Shown one piece after another: positions 22,762-36,018 of a DNA stretch of 64,000 bases. The notes below the pieces were generated by a model. That model saw nothing but the letters and a program-made list of their open reading frames with translations. It did not search any database and was not told the origin of the DNA. Positions within the stretch are counted from its first letter, which is position 1, and each line of letters starts with the position of its first letter. The position numbers and the translations under genes are program-made. Source of the DNA: Mytilus californianus (lineage: Eukaryota); contig NW_026262669.1 in NCBI RefSeq assembly GCF_021869535.1, forward strand, positions 4,650,001-4,714,000, given 5' to 3'.

Positions 22762-25700
22762 CTGGTTTACTCTCACCTTCATTAGTACGCTCAGAATATG
22801 GTTTTAACATATTAATATGACACACTCTATTTTGTTGGTGCCGACCTGGAGTCCTTACAATATAATGTAAATCATTGATTTTACTCTCCATTGTATAAGG
22901 ACCACAGTATTAAGCCGATAAAGGATATTCAGGGACTGGCAAACAAACAAGTACCTTATCACCAGGCTCAAAACCTCTGTCCCTGGCATCTTTATCATAC
23001 CATGCTTTCATCTTATTTTGAACAGTTTTTCTGAGCAATTTGACATGCAGTATACAATTTTCCTTTAAATCTAGATACATAGTCTAGAAGATTCAAGTCA
23101 GTGTGTTCAGTAAGCCATTTTTCCTTAACCAATTATAAATGTCCCATTACAGTATGACAAAATACCAACTCAAAGGGACTAAAACCAAGGGATTCTTGAA
23201 CAGCCTCTCGGACCGCAATAAGTAGAAAGTGAACACCACCATCCCAATCTCTGTCAAATTAAAGACAACAAGTTCTAATCATGTTCTTCAATGTTTGATG
23301 AAAACGTTTTAAGGCACCTTGAGAATCTGGATGAAAAGCACTTGACCTATAATGAGCAATCTCTAACTGGTAAACGACCTGCTGAAATAAACTCGACATG
23401 AAATTTGAACCCTGGTCGGACTGTATAGATTTAGGAAGTTCTACTAACGTAAACAATTTTATAAGAGCTTTCACAATAGATGGTATCTTGATATTCCTTA
23501 ACGGAATAGCCCCAGGAAAGCGAGTGGATGTACACATGATCGTCAATAAATACGCATTTCCAGTCTTTGTCTTTGGTAAAGGTCCAACGCAATTAATCAA
23601 TACTCGACTGAAAGGATATTCAAAGGCTGGAATTGATAGATGTGGTGCTGGTGGTATTTTCTGGTTAAGCTTGCCAACAACCTGGCATATGTGGCATTAT
23701 TGGCAGTATTGTGTGACATCATCCTTGAGTCTGGGTCAGTAGAAATGCTGCAAGATCTTAAGGTAAGTCTTCCTTATACCTAAATGTCCAGCCAAGGGGG
23801 TGTCATGGGCAAGACCAATAATTTCTTGTCTATAAACTTTAGTCATCTCCACTTGGTATACCACTCTCCGTTCCTCATCAGGGAAATCATCAGGGGCCTC
23901 CATTTCCTCACTAAAATGCCGTCTTGATGGTAGAAGTATTCGGACACTTTGTCTGCTTCCTCCTATGGTTGAGCCCTCTTGCTGAGCTGAAGAACCTCAG
24001 GGTCTTTATTTTGTTCTTCCACAAATTTTCTTCTGTCTAATGAATGGCTGTTCACTTCTAGCCATTGCATGAATACATGTTTGTTTGTAATAGGTGGTCT
24101 TATCATGGCCTTTTTCTGAGCCACAGGAACCGTCAATATCGGCAAGGAAAGTGTCCGAAAGGTCCATATAATCATACTGGTCTTCTTGCAAATCCTCATT
24201 TTGTTGTTTTCTTGCCAGCGTCCTAGTAACAACACAAGCTGGATAGAGTTCAACATCATCCTCAGGTGATTTAACACCAAAAACCGGTTCACTGGTAACA
24301 ATTGGTTCAGCAACCACTTTGTTACTAGCTAGATCTTTCCTAGCAGTAAGAGAGATTAGGACGAACACCCACAGGTCCAGTAAATAAATCTGACTTCAGA
24401 TAAATACGTTGGAGGGGAACATCTATACAACCTAACTCCACACCCTGTAACAAAACGGAGGCACCAATAGAAGTCTCCTCGGACAAAGGCAGCACACCTT
24501 CTTATAACAAAGGTTGAGAAGCGCCAGTGTTCCATAAAATATTAATGGGCTGAGGAGTGGTATAACTTGACAATAGAAACAAACCCATCAGACAGGAAGA
24601 ATTTACAATTCTCCATGTAATCACAAAAACTGGACTTAAAAGCCTGACCCGCAGGACATTCCAACTTATAAGTAACAAGAGGTGTCTTACAAGCACTGGA
24701 TTTGGGTTTATTATCTCTTTAATTCTTCTTCTAGAGTTTAAAACAATTAGCCATCAAGTGATCATTTTTCTTACAATAAGCACAAGTTGTGACATCTTCT
24801 CAAAAGTATAACATTTGGGACTAGAAATATTATTACTGGATTGACCCTTATTCTGTGCAACAGGTTTATTATCAGTACGCTCAGTACTATGATTTTTGAA
24901 ATTCCCGTTCGAAGTATTAAAATTTTGACCTTTGAAACTTCTTGTATGTGAAAGGGTATAATTATCGGAAATAACAGCTGCATCTTGTAATGTCCCAACA
25001 GTTTTGTCATCTAAATGTGTTGTTAAGTCTTAATGAACACACTGCTTGAACTCTTCTTATAACATCAATTGTCTTAAATTATCAAAATGTTTATCTATTT
25101 TCTTTGACGTAAGCCATTTCTCAAATACATCTTCTTTTTCCCTAGCAAATTCAACATAGGTTTGTGAATCAAACTTTTGATAAAACCTAAATTTCTGTCT
25201 ATATGCTTCTGGCACTAGCTTATAAGCTTTCAAAACTTCCTGTTTTACAGTGTCATAATCATAACTTTTTTCTAATGAAAGTGCTGAGTAAATTTCAGCA
25301 GCCTTGCCCTCAAAAAACATTTTGGAGCATTGTCGTCCAATAAGGCTTTGGCCATTTCAAATTTTGAGCAATTTTCCCAAACTGTGGACAATAATTATCA
25401 ACTGTTTTTTTTTTCACAAAATCTGGGAACCAAACGAATATTTTTTGCTGCATAAAAATATTCTGATTTTGACTCTTCATTAGTGTTGCTTTCTACTTTG
25501 ACCATTTCAATTTTTATTTTCTCCATATCTAACCTTTCCCTCATTTTAAGTTCTACCTGTTTTGATTTAAATTCATCTTTTTCCTTTTCCAATTGTTGTA
25601 TTTTAACTTCGTTTTCATATTTTTTCCGAATTGTTTTAATTTGAATTCATGTTCTAATGCAAGTTGTTTTAATTTAAAAGCATCAACATTTTCTACCTCA

Positions 25701-25886
25701 AGTTCAAGAACCTCTTCATCTAGAATTTCAGCGTCAACTTATTTTCTATTACCAAATTTTTGTTCTCATGGATACTCTAAAATCAATTTTTAGATGTTTA
25801 GCAAGCAACATTAATTCCTCTTTCTTTAAGTCATCAAACCTTTACATGTCTGGCGTCTTCAAAAATTTACCGGCATCAAATGCCAT
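22760..25886 (-). pseudogene. gag (SCAN-like region, CCHC knuckle), protease and integrase pseudogene
   Basis: ATG 25886; VPEAYRQKFR and LRQLML (25057-25320); CAYCKKNDHLMANC (about 24742-24785); ILWNTGASQ (about 24520-24540); AHDTPLAGHLG and C..C (23690-23810); NCVGPL, SDQGSNF, LKRFHQTLK (23259-23600); GPY-type tail; many stops and frameshifts. Confidence 0.9.
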
Positions 25887-25954
25887 TTTGTAGAATTGTG
25901 TTGGCTTATTCTAATTCTATAAATACAGAAAATTTTAATCTGATATTAACATTT

Positions 25955-25971
25955 TCCCGGATGAGCCCCCA
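25955..25971 (-). promoter_or_regulatory. Primer-binding site complementary to the tRNA-Pro 3' end
   Basis: Minus strand tgggggctcatccggga, 5 nt inside the 5' LTR; 16/17 match to the complement of UCCCGGACGAGCCCCCA. Confidence 0.85.
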
Positions 25972-25976
25972 ATTTC

Positions 25977-26620
25977 TGATACGGCTAGAAATCACCTTTA
26001 ACTTGTAGCCAACAAAAGACACAAATTAATCATAAAATGTACTAAGATTTATTATACACAAGTTTACAAGAAATATTTTACAAATTTTACAAATTGAAGT
26101 GTTAACCTAACTGTTAAATTATATGTCCGATCCTTTGTCTTTTCTTTATCCGGAATTCTTCTATTAACTGTACGGAGTATGTCTAATCTAGTATGATGTA
26201 ATTAACTTAAATAAAGTGTCAATCCAACAACTTTTATAGAACTTCTGTGAATCCAAGTAAATTAATGTCTAAAAAAGTCTAATTTCGGTGTCTGTATATG
26301 TAGTTGTCACGGAAAGTTCTAGAACACTATAGAAGGGAAACTCCTAGAAAATTTTAGCACGGAAACTTCTAGAATACGGTAGAAGTTTCAATTACACATC
26401 GTATATTATGATTATTTCAGAATTATTATGTCAGTCAAATAGAAAGTTCTAATCATTCCAACAGTATCTATGATTGTTCAAGTGATTTCTAAACTGCACA
26501 TTTATAACCTTATTTTGTAAACAACTATAAATATGATGTAAGCATATTATACATATTATAAGGCCACACAAAACAAATTAGGCCACGATTAATAAACACG
26601 ATAATAACAATATCATAACA
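25977..26620 (-). repeat. 5' LTR (644 bp)
   Basis: tgatacggctagaaatc...tatcataaca; homologous to 22093-22748 with many substitutions. Confidence 0.9.
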
Positions 26621-28733
26621 ACATGTATACTGAAACATAACTAATCATTCCTTTCAATCAAGCCAAGTAAATTTTTACGAACATTTTCCTTGTACAATCA
26701 GAGTTGTAATATTTTAAACTACGGGCAAACAGAAAGTCGCCACAACTCAACATTATCAAGCTGCACACCAAATATGAAATAATCCCCGTTCAACGAAGCC
26801 GTGAAAACTTTGACGATTTTTTTCTTTCAAAGGCATGACGATGTGGCCGAAACAGATAAAAACATTCTAGTCAAACCATTTGCAAATTTATTTCATGATT
26901 TCGATAGAACAACACATTTAAACATAATCATAACATTTAATAAAACAAGAGACATAACATTCATATTCATATTACAGAAATATATATAGTAGTCTCGCGC
27001 GTTAAATATAATACAATTTCAATCTACATGTTTATAAGTTTAATGGCAGAAACAACGTATAAATCAAATATATGTATGATAATTGAATTCACATAAAGAA
27101 ATACATTGTAGGATTATAGACACATGGTATACAATTTGAATAATAACTTGAAGTACTAGAAAAGTCTACAGTTTTGATTTGTTTCGAATCAATTGCCTAA
27201 GGACTATTCCGTCAGTTTATAATGCTTGTGAATACGTTAAGTTCTATAATAACATTATTTGTAGGATAATTAGAAAAGTGAAATCAATTTGAATGAATAA
27301 CGGACACTAGGATATAAGTTGTAGTTATATAACACTTGATTGGTAAGAAGTGTAGCTAATCATTTTAAATTTGATATAATACTCAGTCACGAGAGAGCAT
27401 TTAATAATTATCTGACAAAGGAAAATATCAAAGAATGAATGATTCGTGTGATGCAAATCGAACGACATAATTCTTTTGTGGTTAAAACAGATTTTGGGAA
27501 AACAATTGTAAAGTTTCTATTTTGATGTTTTAGAATCATATATATTTTAAACATAAAACGTGCATGCAAATAAAACAAGGACACGTTATATTCAAGATTG
27601 TTTAATATTGTTTTTGCATCAGAAGGAAGTGTTTTCCATCATTTCTGTGTTTCGCTAATGTTTGTTACTGGCTGTCACTTTTGTCTTAGGAAATTCATCG
27701 ATCTGCAGAAATAAATAAAGTAGTTGTGTTTGTTTAACTGAACATTATACATCATACACGTTTACAAGTGATGTTATAAATTTGTGCTATCTGCTTACTG
27801 GATGCAATTTGTTTATCCTTCTTAAAACGCATTGAAAATTAACACTTAGTTCGTCAACGATGTAAGTGAAGGTCTGCTTAAATGTTCGCAGTTTTGTTGT
27901 CCACAACATTAACTTCCATATTTTTAGTTTTTAGATAACAAACTAGTCTATTGCTGTGGCCTTGGGCTGTTTTTTGCTCCTTTGTCGGGTTGTTGTCTCT
28001 TTGACAAATTCCCCATTGCCATTCTCAATTTTATAATATACTGAACAACTCCTTAATGACTGTTATTGGTTCATTTGTTTGATCTTGTATTTAGGCACGA
28101 TTTGACGCAATAAATAGTGTGGACTAATGTTGTTTTCGTTCAGTGTAAGGAACAACAGTCATACAAGTGGTGTTAACGTTTCAACAAGAACTGCATCTCC
28201 CCTTTGTAAAAGTGTACTATTGATTCTCTATTAACAAACAGTACCTGCTAGCTCTGTATTTTGATAAATATATATAGTCACTTCATTTGTTGAAATTATC
28301 AGTATATGATGAGTATGTATCTGGTCTATAAGATTACCAATATGTTCAAATGGAACCGATTTATGTCAGAGACGACCATACAACTTATCTAAATAAATAG
28401 TGTCCTTCATAAGAAGCATCTTGCAAACGTAAGCTACGTTATCGCTTTATAAAAACAATTTTAAAAGATACTACCGCAGAAAAATGCCATTTTGTGCATA
28501 TCCTTATCGATCAATTAGTAAATAGATGTATTGTACTTTTTCATGTAAATTTTAAGTATGAAACAAATTAATTGAAAATAAACATGTTATACTACGTGTA
28601 TAGCTATCAGTGATACAATTTTGAATTATCATTATCTGTACTTCTTTTGATGACTAACGCATATAATGTACATCCAAGCCATCGAAGAAAAATATAAATT
28701 GTAAGCTTTATCTTCAATACTTACTCTCCACAG

Positions 28734-28809
28734 GTACAACTACAATGAGAACATATTATATCATCGTCGGATTTTTGTCAAAATTTATTTACCTATCGGA
28801 CTTAACAGT
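28734..28809 (+). pseudogene. Candidate 76-nt exon, copy B (signal-peptide-like MRTYYIIVGFLSKFIYLSDLTV)
   Basis: ccacag acceptor, gtatgt donor; same boundaries in C and D. Confidence 0.4.
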
Positions 28810-30196
28810 GTATGTTCTATAGTTTGAAATGGTTCACATATTGTCATTTTGGGATCTGTTTAGCTTACTTTATATACGGTATTTGTATTTCTCACAATTG
28901 GAAAAGCCCGTTTTGTGACTTATTGTGACTACCATCAACATAATCTACTCTATGTTGGGTAGCTGTCTCATTGGCAATTTTACCACATGTTGTAATGTTT
29001 ATCCTATTCGCTAATAGTTTAATGACTGGACACATAATTTATCAAATTAAAATATTCAAGTTTATTTGATTTTTTTATAAGCAAAGTAACAGTGTTATTT
29101 ATGCATCTTGATAACAATTTTCAAACATTGCAACTATCACCTTTTTCCACTTTTATAAGAAGACTGCCATTTGTCATATGATTCCTATGGCAACAAATGC
29201 TCAAAGTTTTTAGTTTTAGTTTTCGATTTGGTACTTGGCAGTTACCGACTAATGTTAAATAATGCATATATCTGAAATATTAATGGTATGATATATATGT
29301 ATTAAATAACACAAAGGACAACACATGTTTTTTTTGGTAATTCTAGAACTATATTTTCAAAACAGACGTCATACATTTATTATTTATCGGAAACGACTTT
29401 GAATGGCGACAATTAATCAAATAACCAGGAACTCTGGTTTACAGCATAATATGTACATATCGGGATTTGATACATTGCTTAGATATATAGTATAAAACAT
29501 GAAAGGAATAATGAGAAAGAAGTCACAAGATAAAAAATTATTGTTATAATTTAGACATATTGTCAACGTGTTTTAAGAAATACGGACATGCTAAATATAT
29601 ACGATATTTGGATAACTTGGAATATCATTACGCAATTAGATTATTCCGCTTATTCCAACCTGCATAATTTAGTACATTATCCAAGTTTCAAAGACTATCG
29701 TCATGTTATAAATTGCGATATAATTGTAGACTATACTTATCTGTTTGAAAATATTCACTTACAGACTGCAAACAAAAAAACCCAAGTTAATGATAATACA
29801 ATACAGCATACCATCTAGCAATGAGTTATAGAAGCCACCGTAGTATAAGTAGTAAAGTGATAGTATAACTGACAAAACTTTCAAACATTGTCCGATTACA
29901 GATGCATGTACAACATTATAAACCTGATCTCTTTAATAAGTTTCTATACTGTTTTATTGAATACTCTGTTACTACTGGAAGTGTATTTGTCAGGTTATTA
30001 AGTCGTAATGATTTACCTACACAACTTTTGAATCAATTTGGAGGCATTTAGTCTAGATAAGGTTATCAATCTTTTTGTTTCAATATATAATCCGTTGGGT
30101 TAAAGACATTTATAACATTTAGATTTGAAAAAATAACAAGTATTACATTGAACATATTCACGAAAGTATTTAAGAATATTTTTTTGTTATAATACT

Positions 30197-30908
30197 AGAG
30201 AAAAAACAAGGTGTTGTTAAAGATATTTATAAACAACAATACGAATTGTATTGTCTAATTGTTCACGTTGAATTTAGACTACTTAGCATTTCATTTAAAA
30301 TCATACTGGTCAAAATATCGCATTGCTTCTAATATACAAATGGGTTTCGTTTCTTCTATATAATTGCGTCTTTATTGATTAGAACTTTTTTTTTATTTCC
30401 AATTTCAATAAAAACACCATATACAACATTCACTATCTATTGTCCTTTCATTTTTCATTTTGTGTAAACTAATCACAATATACTTATCTTTATGGTACAT
30501 GACACTTACGGTGCACTGAAAAATATAAATAAAAATACAAGTTTTAAATCTGAGGAATAATTTAAAACAATCACGATATAGAGAAAAAACAAGGCGTTGT
30601 TAAGGATATTTAAAATCAACAATATGAATTGTATTGTCTACTGATCAAAATATCGCATTGCTTCTAATATTGGAATGGGTTTTGTTACTTGTATATAATT
30701 GCGTCTTTATTGATTAGAACTGTTTTTATATTGTCCAATTTCAATAAAAACATCATACACAACATTCACTATCTATTGTACTTTCATTCTTCATTTTTTT
30801 GTAAACTAGTCGCAATATACTTATATTTTAGAGTACATAACACTTACATTGGACTGAAAATACAAAAAAAAAAATACAAGTTTAAAATCTGAGGAATAAT
30901 TTAAGACA
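30197..30908 (+). repeat. Local tandem duplication, period about 383 bp, 2 copies
   Basis: agagaaaaaacaagg at 30197 and 30580; both end aaatctgaggaataattta. Confidence 0.85.
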
Positions 30909-33900
30909 ATTTTGAAACAGCAAATACTCAACCTAAAAAAAAACAGTTGATAAATTTTACTGAATATGTTCCGCATATTGTTTTGAAGTGTTTTAGTTTT
31001 CTTAACTAGAAACTGTGTTTTCTTGAATGTGGTAGCTATTCAAACGAAGTATAGATATCAAAAATGACAAAACAAGTGGTGAACACGAATATCTATCTCC
31101 CAAAATTAGTTGTAAAGTCATTATCTTCTCTTTTAGAGTTTATAAAAATCACGATAACATCAATTTTGTCTGTAGATGTTTTGTATCTATGGTGGCCAGT
31201 AGTAAATTATATACCAATCATAGTAAAATAAAAAATTAAATGTATATTATGAAAATACTAGCATATTGATAATGTGATGTTCTTTTGCTTATCGCCTATT
31301 GATGAATAGATAACTACTGTCTCCCTTATACAAACATAAAGACATACCAATTTGGATATTTTCACGTAATTAGCATATCCAGTGGCTGCATAAATAATCA
31401 CATGATTCAAGCTTTATAAACTATTAATTGCCTGTCATAATCAAGTCATAATATTTCATAATGTAATCTCATATTTCAATACTTAACAACAATAATTTTA
31501 AAATACAATTTCTTATACTCTTTCCAAAAGGGTTGTTTTAAAGAAAAGCAGATTATAGTGTTTTACCAACCCATTTCTAAATACTTTTTTTCGACTCTTT
31601 CTCTCTTAAAATGGTATGTGTATTGTTTTACTTTACTACACTACGTTTACCATTATATAAATATTGTTATATATAAATTGCATATTTAATTGTACGCTAT
31701 ACTTATCTGTTTGCTACTTGACACGTACCGGCTGAAAAATTCAAATAAATATTCTTAGAATACAGCATACCATCTAGCAATAAATTATTACAACGAAAAT
31801 GGAGTTAGTTGAATTTGTAGTAAAGTGATGTAGAACATTTCAAGGTGACAGCTTGGTCTGTCAGATTAACCAATAGTAAAGTCATTAGTCATGTCAAATA
31901 TTGAAATGTGATATTTGTATGATATCAAAATGTCGCTTTATAAATTAAGAAATTATAAAGAAACTACGTTTTAACACCCTCAAGTAATATTGACGTTACG
32001 TTGATATAATTATGTTCGTGTATGTTCTCTATGGCAACATACTTGCACTATGTTGATTATTATACGTTCTATGATTTAAACATTTCTGCTTGGAGCGTTT
32101 CCCGTTAAAGTAAATTTAGAAAACAGCACATGAAATCAATCCCAGTTTTTTGTTTTTTGTATACTGTTGTGTGTCGTTTTGTCTATTGAGGTTCATGCCA
32201 TTGCGTTGTCAGTTTATGTTCGACTAATTAGTTTGAATGTCTGTTTGGTATTACCGCCTTTTTTGTAGACGGAACTCGCGTCTATCACACATCATTTTCA
32301 TTGTATGTTTATTGTTTTATTTTACCATTCTATTAACAATATTGTATAACTATCGTTATATTATGAATTGCATAGATAATTGTACGCTATACTTATCTGT
32401 TTGCTACTTGACACTTACAATCTGAAAAATTCAAATAAATATTCATAGAATACAGCATACCATTAAGCATGAATTATAGAAACGACAATGAAATTAATTG
32501 AATGCGTAGTAAAATGAACATGTTAAGATGACAGCTTGTTCTTCCAGATTATTGAATTAAGATTGTCATTAATCATGCCAAATATTGAAATGTGATATTT
32601 GTATGATTTCAAAGTTTCGCTTAATAGATTTAGAAATCATTAAAGTACTTAGGTTTCAACACATACAAGTAAAGTAAACCCTAGATTGATTTAACCAGTT
32701 TTATTTAAGATGATAGTTGCAATGTTGCAAAATTGTTATCAAATTGCAAAATACTGTTACTTTGAATTACATAAAATCAAATATACGTGAATATTTTAAT
32801 TGTATAAATTGTGTTTTCAGTCATTAGTGTATTAGCAAATAAGATAAGGATAAAAAAGATGTGGTATGGTTGCCAATGAGACAACTATCCACCAACGTTC
32901 AAATGAAGTGAATGTAAGCAATTATAGGGAACCGTAGAGTCTTCAACAATGAGAAAAAACCCATACCGTATTGTCGGCTATAAAAGAGCCCGACATGAAC
33001 AATATGAAACAATTCAATTGAGAAAACTAACTGCTAATTTATAACAAAACAATTTACGAAAAACAAATATAACAGACATGAACCAACGACAACTATTGAA
33101 CTACAGGTTCTCTATGGTCACATACTTCAACTGTTTCGGTTATCATAAATCCTTGGCTTTAAACATTTCTGGTTTGAACGCTTTCCATGAAGGTAAATCA
33201 TCAACAAACAGTACATACAATCACATCCGGTTTTGTGTGTTTTGTATACTGTTTGGTGTCTTTTTGTCAGTTTGAGTTTTAGCCATGGCGTTGTCAGTTT
33301 ATTTTCTACTTATGATTTTGACTGTCTCTTTGGTATCTTCCGCCTCTTTTGTAAACGAAAGGCGCGTTTGGCATACAGAATGTTCATCCTGGTAACAAAA
33401 CAATGTACGAAAAACAAATATAACAGACATGAACCAACAACAATTCCTGAACTACAGGTTCTCTATGGTCACATACTTCAACTGTTTCGGTTATCATAAA
33501 TCCTTGGCTGTAAACATTTCTGGTATTGAACGCTTTCAATGAAGGTAAATCATCACCAATTGTTGCTACATATATATCCCAGAAAAACTTTGAGTCTCCA
33601 AGAGTTAACATCACTGCTGCTATACCTTTAGTTCCCATTTGCTTCCCTGCTTCGGCAACAATTAGACTTTTAGTTCTGGTTTCCACTTTGAGCTGCCTGT
33701 TATGAAAGGCTTTTTAGTGTGATTTATCATATTTGATAACAGTTCTTCTAGTCAGGGATTTGTTTGTGCTTTACTACTAAAAACAAAATTCTTGACTGCA
33801 TTTGTTCATGTTGTTACTTACTAAGAAAATTCGAGTTTTTTTGGCATATTAAGAAAGAAATATATAAATTCCAGATTAATAAAAATGTCTTCCATAGGTA

Positions 33901-35666
33901 TTACTTCTAATCTTTACATTAAAATTTCCAAACAAATTGACAGCATCATTATTTAAGTAGTACATATTACACTTTTAAATGCTGGAGTTGCCGGAAAATT
34001 TTAGTAAATGTTTGGTAATGATGTAAACAAATTCCGTGAAATTGTTTTTGTTTTTACATCTGATGTCTTCCTTAGGTGGGAGGAGGTGGATAATTGTTGG
34101 AATAGTATTTCGGTACTCCATCTATATTTTAGAGCATATACGGCCACCACAATTTTTGATAGGGTTTATTTCAATCAGTTTTCTAAGGGGGTCTTTTTTC
34201 GTCTTTTGTCTTTTACTTTTTGTTCTTCAATGGCCATTGTTATATTATAGTTCGTTTCTGTGTGTGTTACATTTTAATGTTGTATTTTTGTTGTGTCGTA
34301 GTTCTCCTCTTATATTTGATGTGTTTTAGTTTGTAACCCGGATTTGTTTTTTTTTCTCTATCGATTTATGAATTTCGGACAGCGATATACTACTGTTGCC
34401 TTTATTTACTTCTCTCAAAATTAACAATTCATCATTTATATGTAGTTTCATATAGTAAATAGTAATATAGCGCTTGCGTATGGGGAACATACTGTACATT
34501 CAGAAATTACAAAAGGATAAAATTCGCCAACATAAGAACTGTCATTTGAACTTTAAATAATAATATGTGTATGCAGAATTCCCTGAAATTCTCATTATTC
34601 GACAATCTTAATCAAATATGGCAGCACTAACTGAATTCATTATTTATATGATTTTCTAGATTTTGTGATTTCCCTTTCATTACTTAGTTTATAGATTGTT
34701 GCTGCTTGTGATGAAGCTTCTGAGCAAAGTGTTCCTATTGTTAAAGCTGGACTTATCTCTTTAAAGGTTTACTGACGCAAACTTGATATAGTTATTCGTT
34801 ATGAAATAGCTGTATCACATATAACTACGCGTATGTTCCTATATTTTATCCACAATCTCGTGTTCTTTTCCATTAACCACAAAATACAACGTATCATCAA
34901 ATTCTAACATCCCGTGCAACACGATCAATTTATATTTACACGGAAGCAAATCATGTTTTTCCGACTCATGTATGTAATCTCTACCCTTTTACGGTCACTC
35001 TAAGTGTCAAAGTCAGAAAAAGTTTGAAAACCATTGGAACTTATATACTAGAGTCTCCATTATGTACTTTAACTATTTGTTAAGCTTTTCACACTATATA
35101 TTTTTTTGATGAGTTTTGCACTACTCCTTGCCAAGCAAAATATGTTCCAGTTGGTTTATAAATAAGAACAACTGTAATCAACACAACATGACATTTACGT
35201 TCATATTCACAGATATGTTTTTTGTGTTTAAACTTTTATTTCAGATTCAAACTATTAATAACTTATGTAATTTTGAATGCTGACAGAATGTAACAATCGG
35301 ACAGAATCAACAAAATGTACTTTAATCAAAAGATTTAAGACTGCAAAAACATGTAGCTAGTGAATTAAGACACAAACATCATATCGGTCAACCAATTCGT
35401 AAAATTTATAAATTGGCGATTTCAGTCGTTCTTCTTCTTAACACTTTGGAGCAGGTTTTCAGTTATAAGCACACCCTTGTTAATGAATTATGTATATTGT
35501 TAACAGGACGAGCGTCTAGTGTTAACTAAGGTATGTAATCATTATCCGATATCAGTAGATATAAAAGTACGACCGATCCATGTGTTTGCACGATTATTTA
35601 ACAATTTTCTCTATCGTATTTAAAACAAGAGAAACACCATGTCAGAATTTTTGTCACCGCATACAA

Positions 35667-36018
35667 TATATCCCTTTCGAGGTATGTCCTTCACCGGAAA
35701 ATTTTGTTAATTATGCGCGCCTTTATGACGTCATTTGTTAGATACAGGAAACCGCCTGTATCCCTGCACTATTAAAGTTCATCTTCGTGATCGTCATTAT
35801 GCAGACTAATCTAACACTTATGTTTGTTCCGTAGGTACTTAATCACAATTCCCTAATGACAGCTGCGCTGTTTTTAATAATGATAAGAATTTAATATGCC
35901 GAATGATTCGAGAAACATAGAATCATATTGTTTAACCGCTCTCTCAAAATTGGAAGCACGAATGATGTTCACTAAAACCAAAGACTTTGACGAAAATGCA
36001 ACAAACTGGAAACTGGTC
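35667..36018. mobile_element. About 350-bp insertion present in C and D (about 52812-53105) and absent in B; unclassified non-autonomous element
   Basis: B joins gcatacaat directly to tatt..tgacatgtatac; internal hairpin gatacagg-N6/7-cctgtatc. Confidence 0.45.

Larger units (their letters stand above)
22093..26620 (-). mobile_element. Gmr1-like Gypsy LTR retrotransposon, degraded, lacking RT/RNase H
   Basis: TG...CA LTRs 22093-22748 and 25977-26620; ACAT TSD at 22089-22092 and 26621-26624; PBS and PPT; gag, protease, integrase order. Confidence 0.9.
20810..34410 (+). repeat. Large paralogous unit B (about 9 kb without the Gypsy insertion)
   Basis: Shared anchors with C and D: cttctct.aaaatta.caatt (20810/34410/51567), tatact.aaacataac (26627/36037/53126), exon-like segment (28734/37969/55187), ttatagaagcca.cg (29826/39277/56287). 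Confidence 0.85.

Noticed and set aside
25955-25971. tRNA-Pro gene
   Set aside because: Only the 17-nt complement of the tRNA 3' end, placed as an LTR primer-binding site; no cloverleaf.
35722-35732. CRE-like palindrome atgacgtcat (also about 52870) as a regulatory site
   Set aside because: Lies inside a repeat insertion; no linked promoter evidence.
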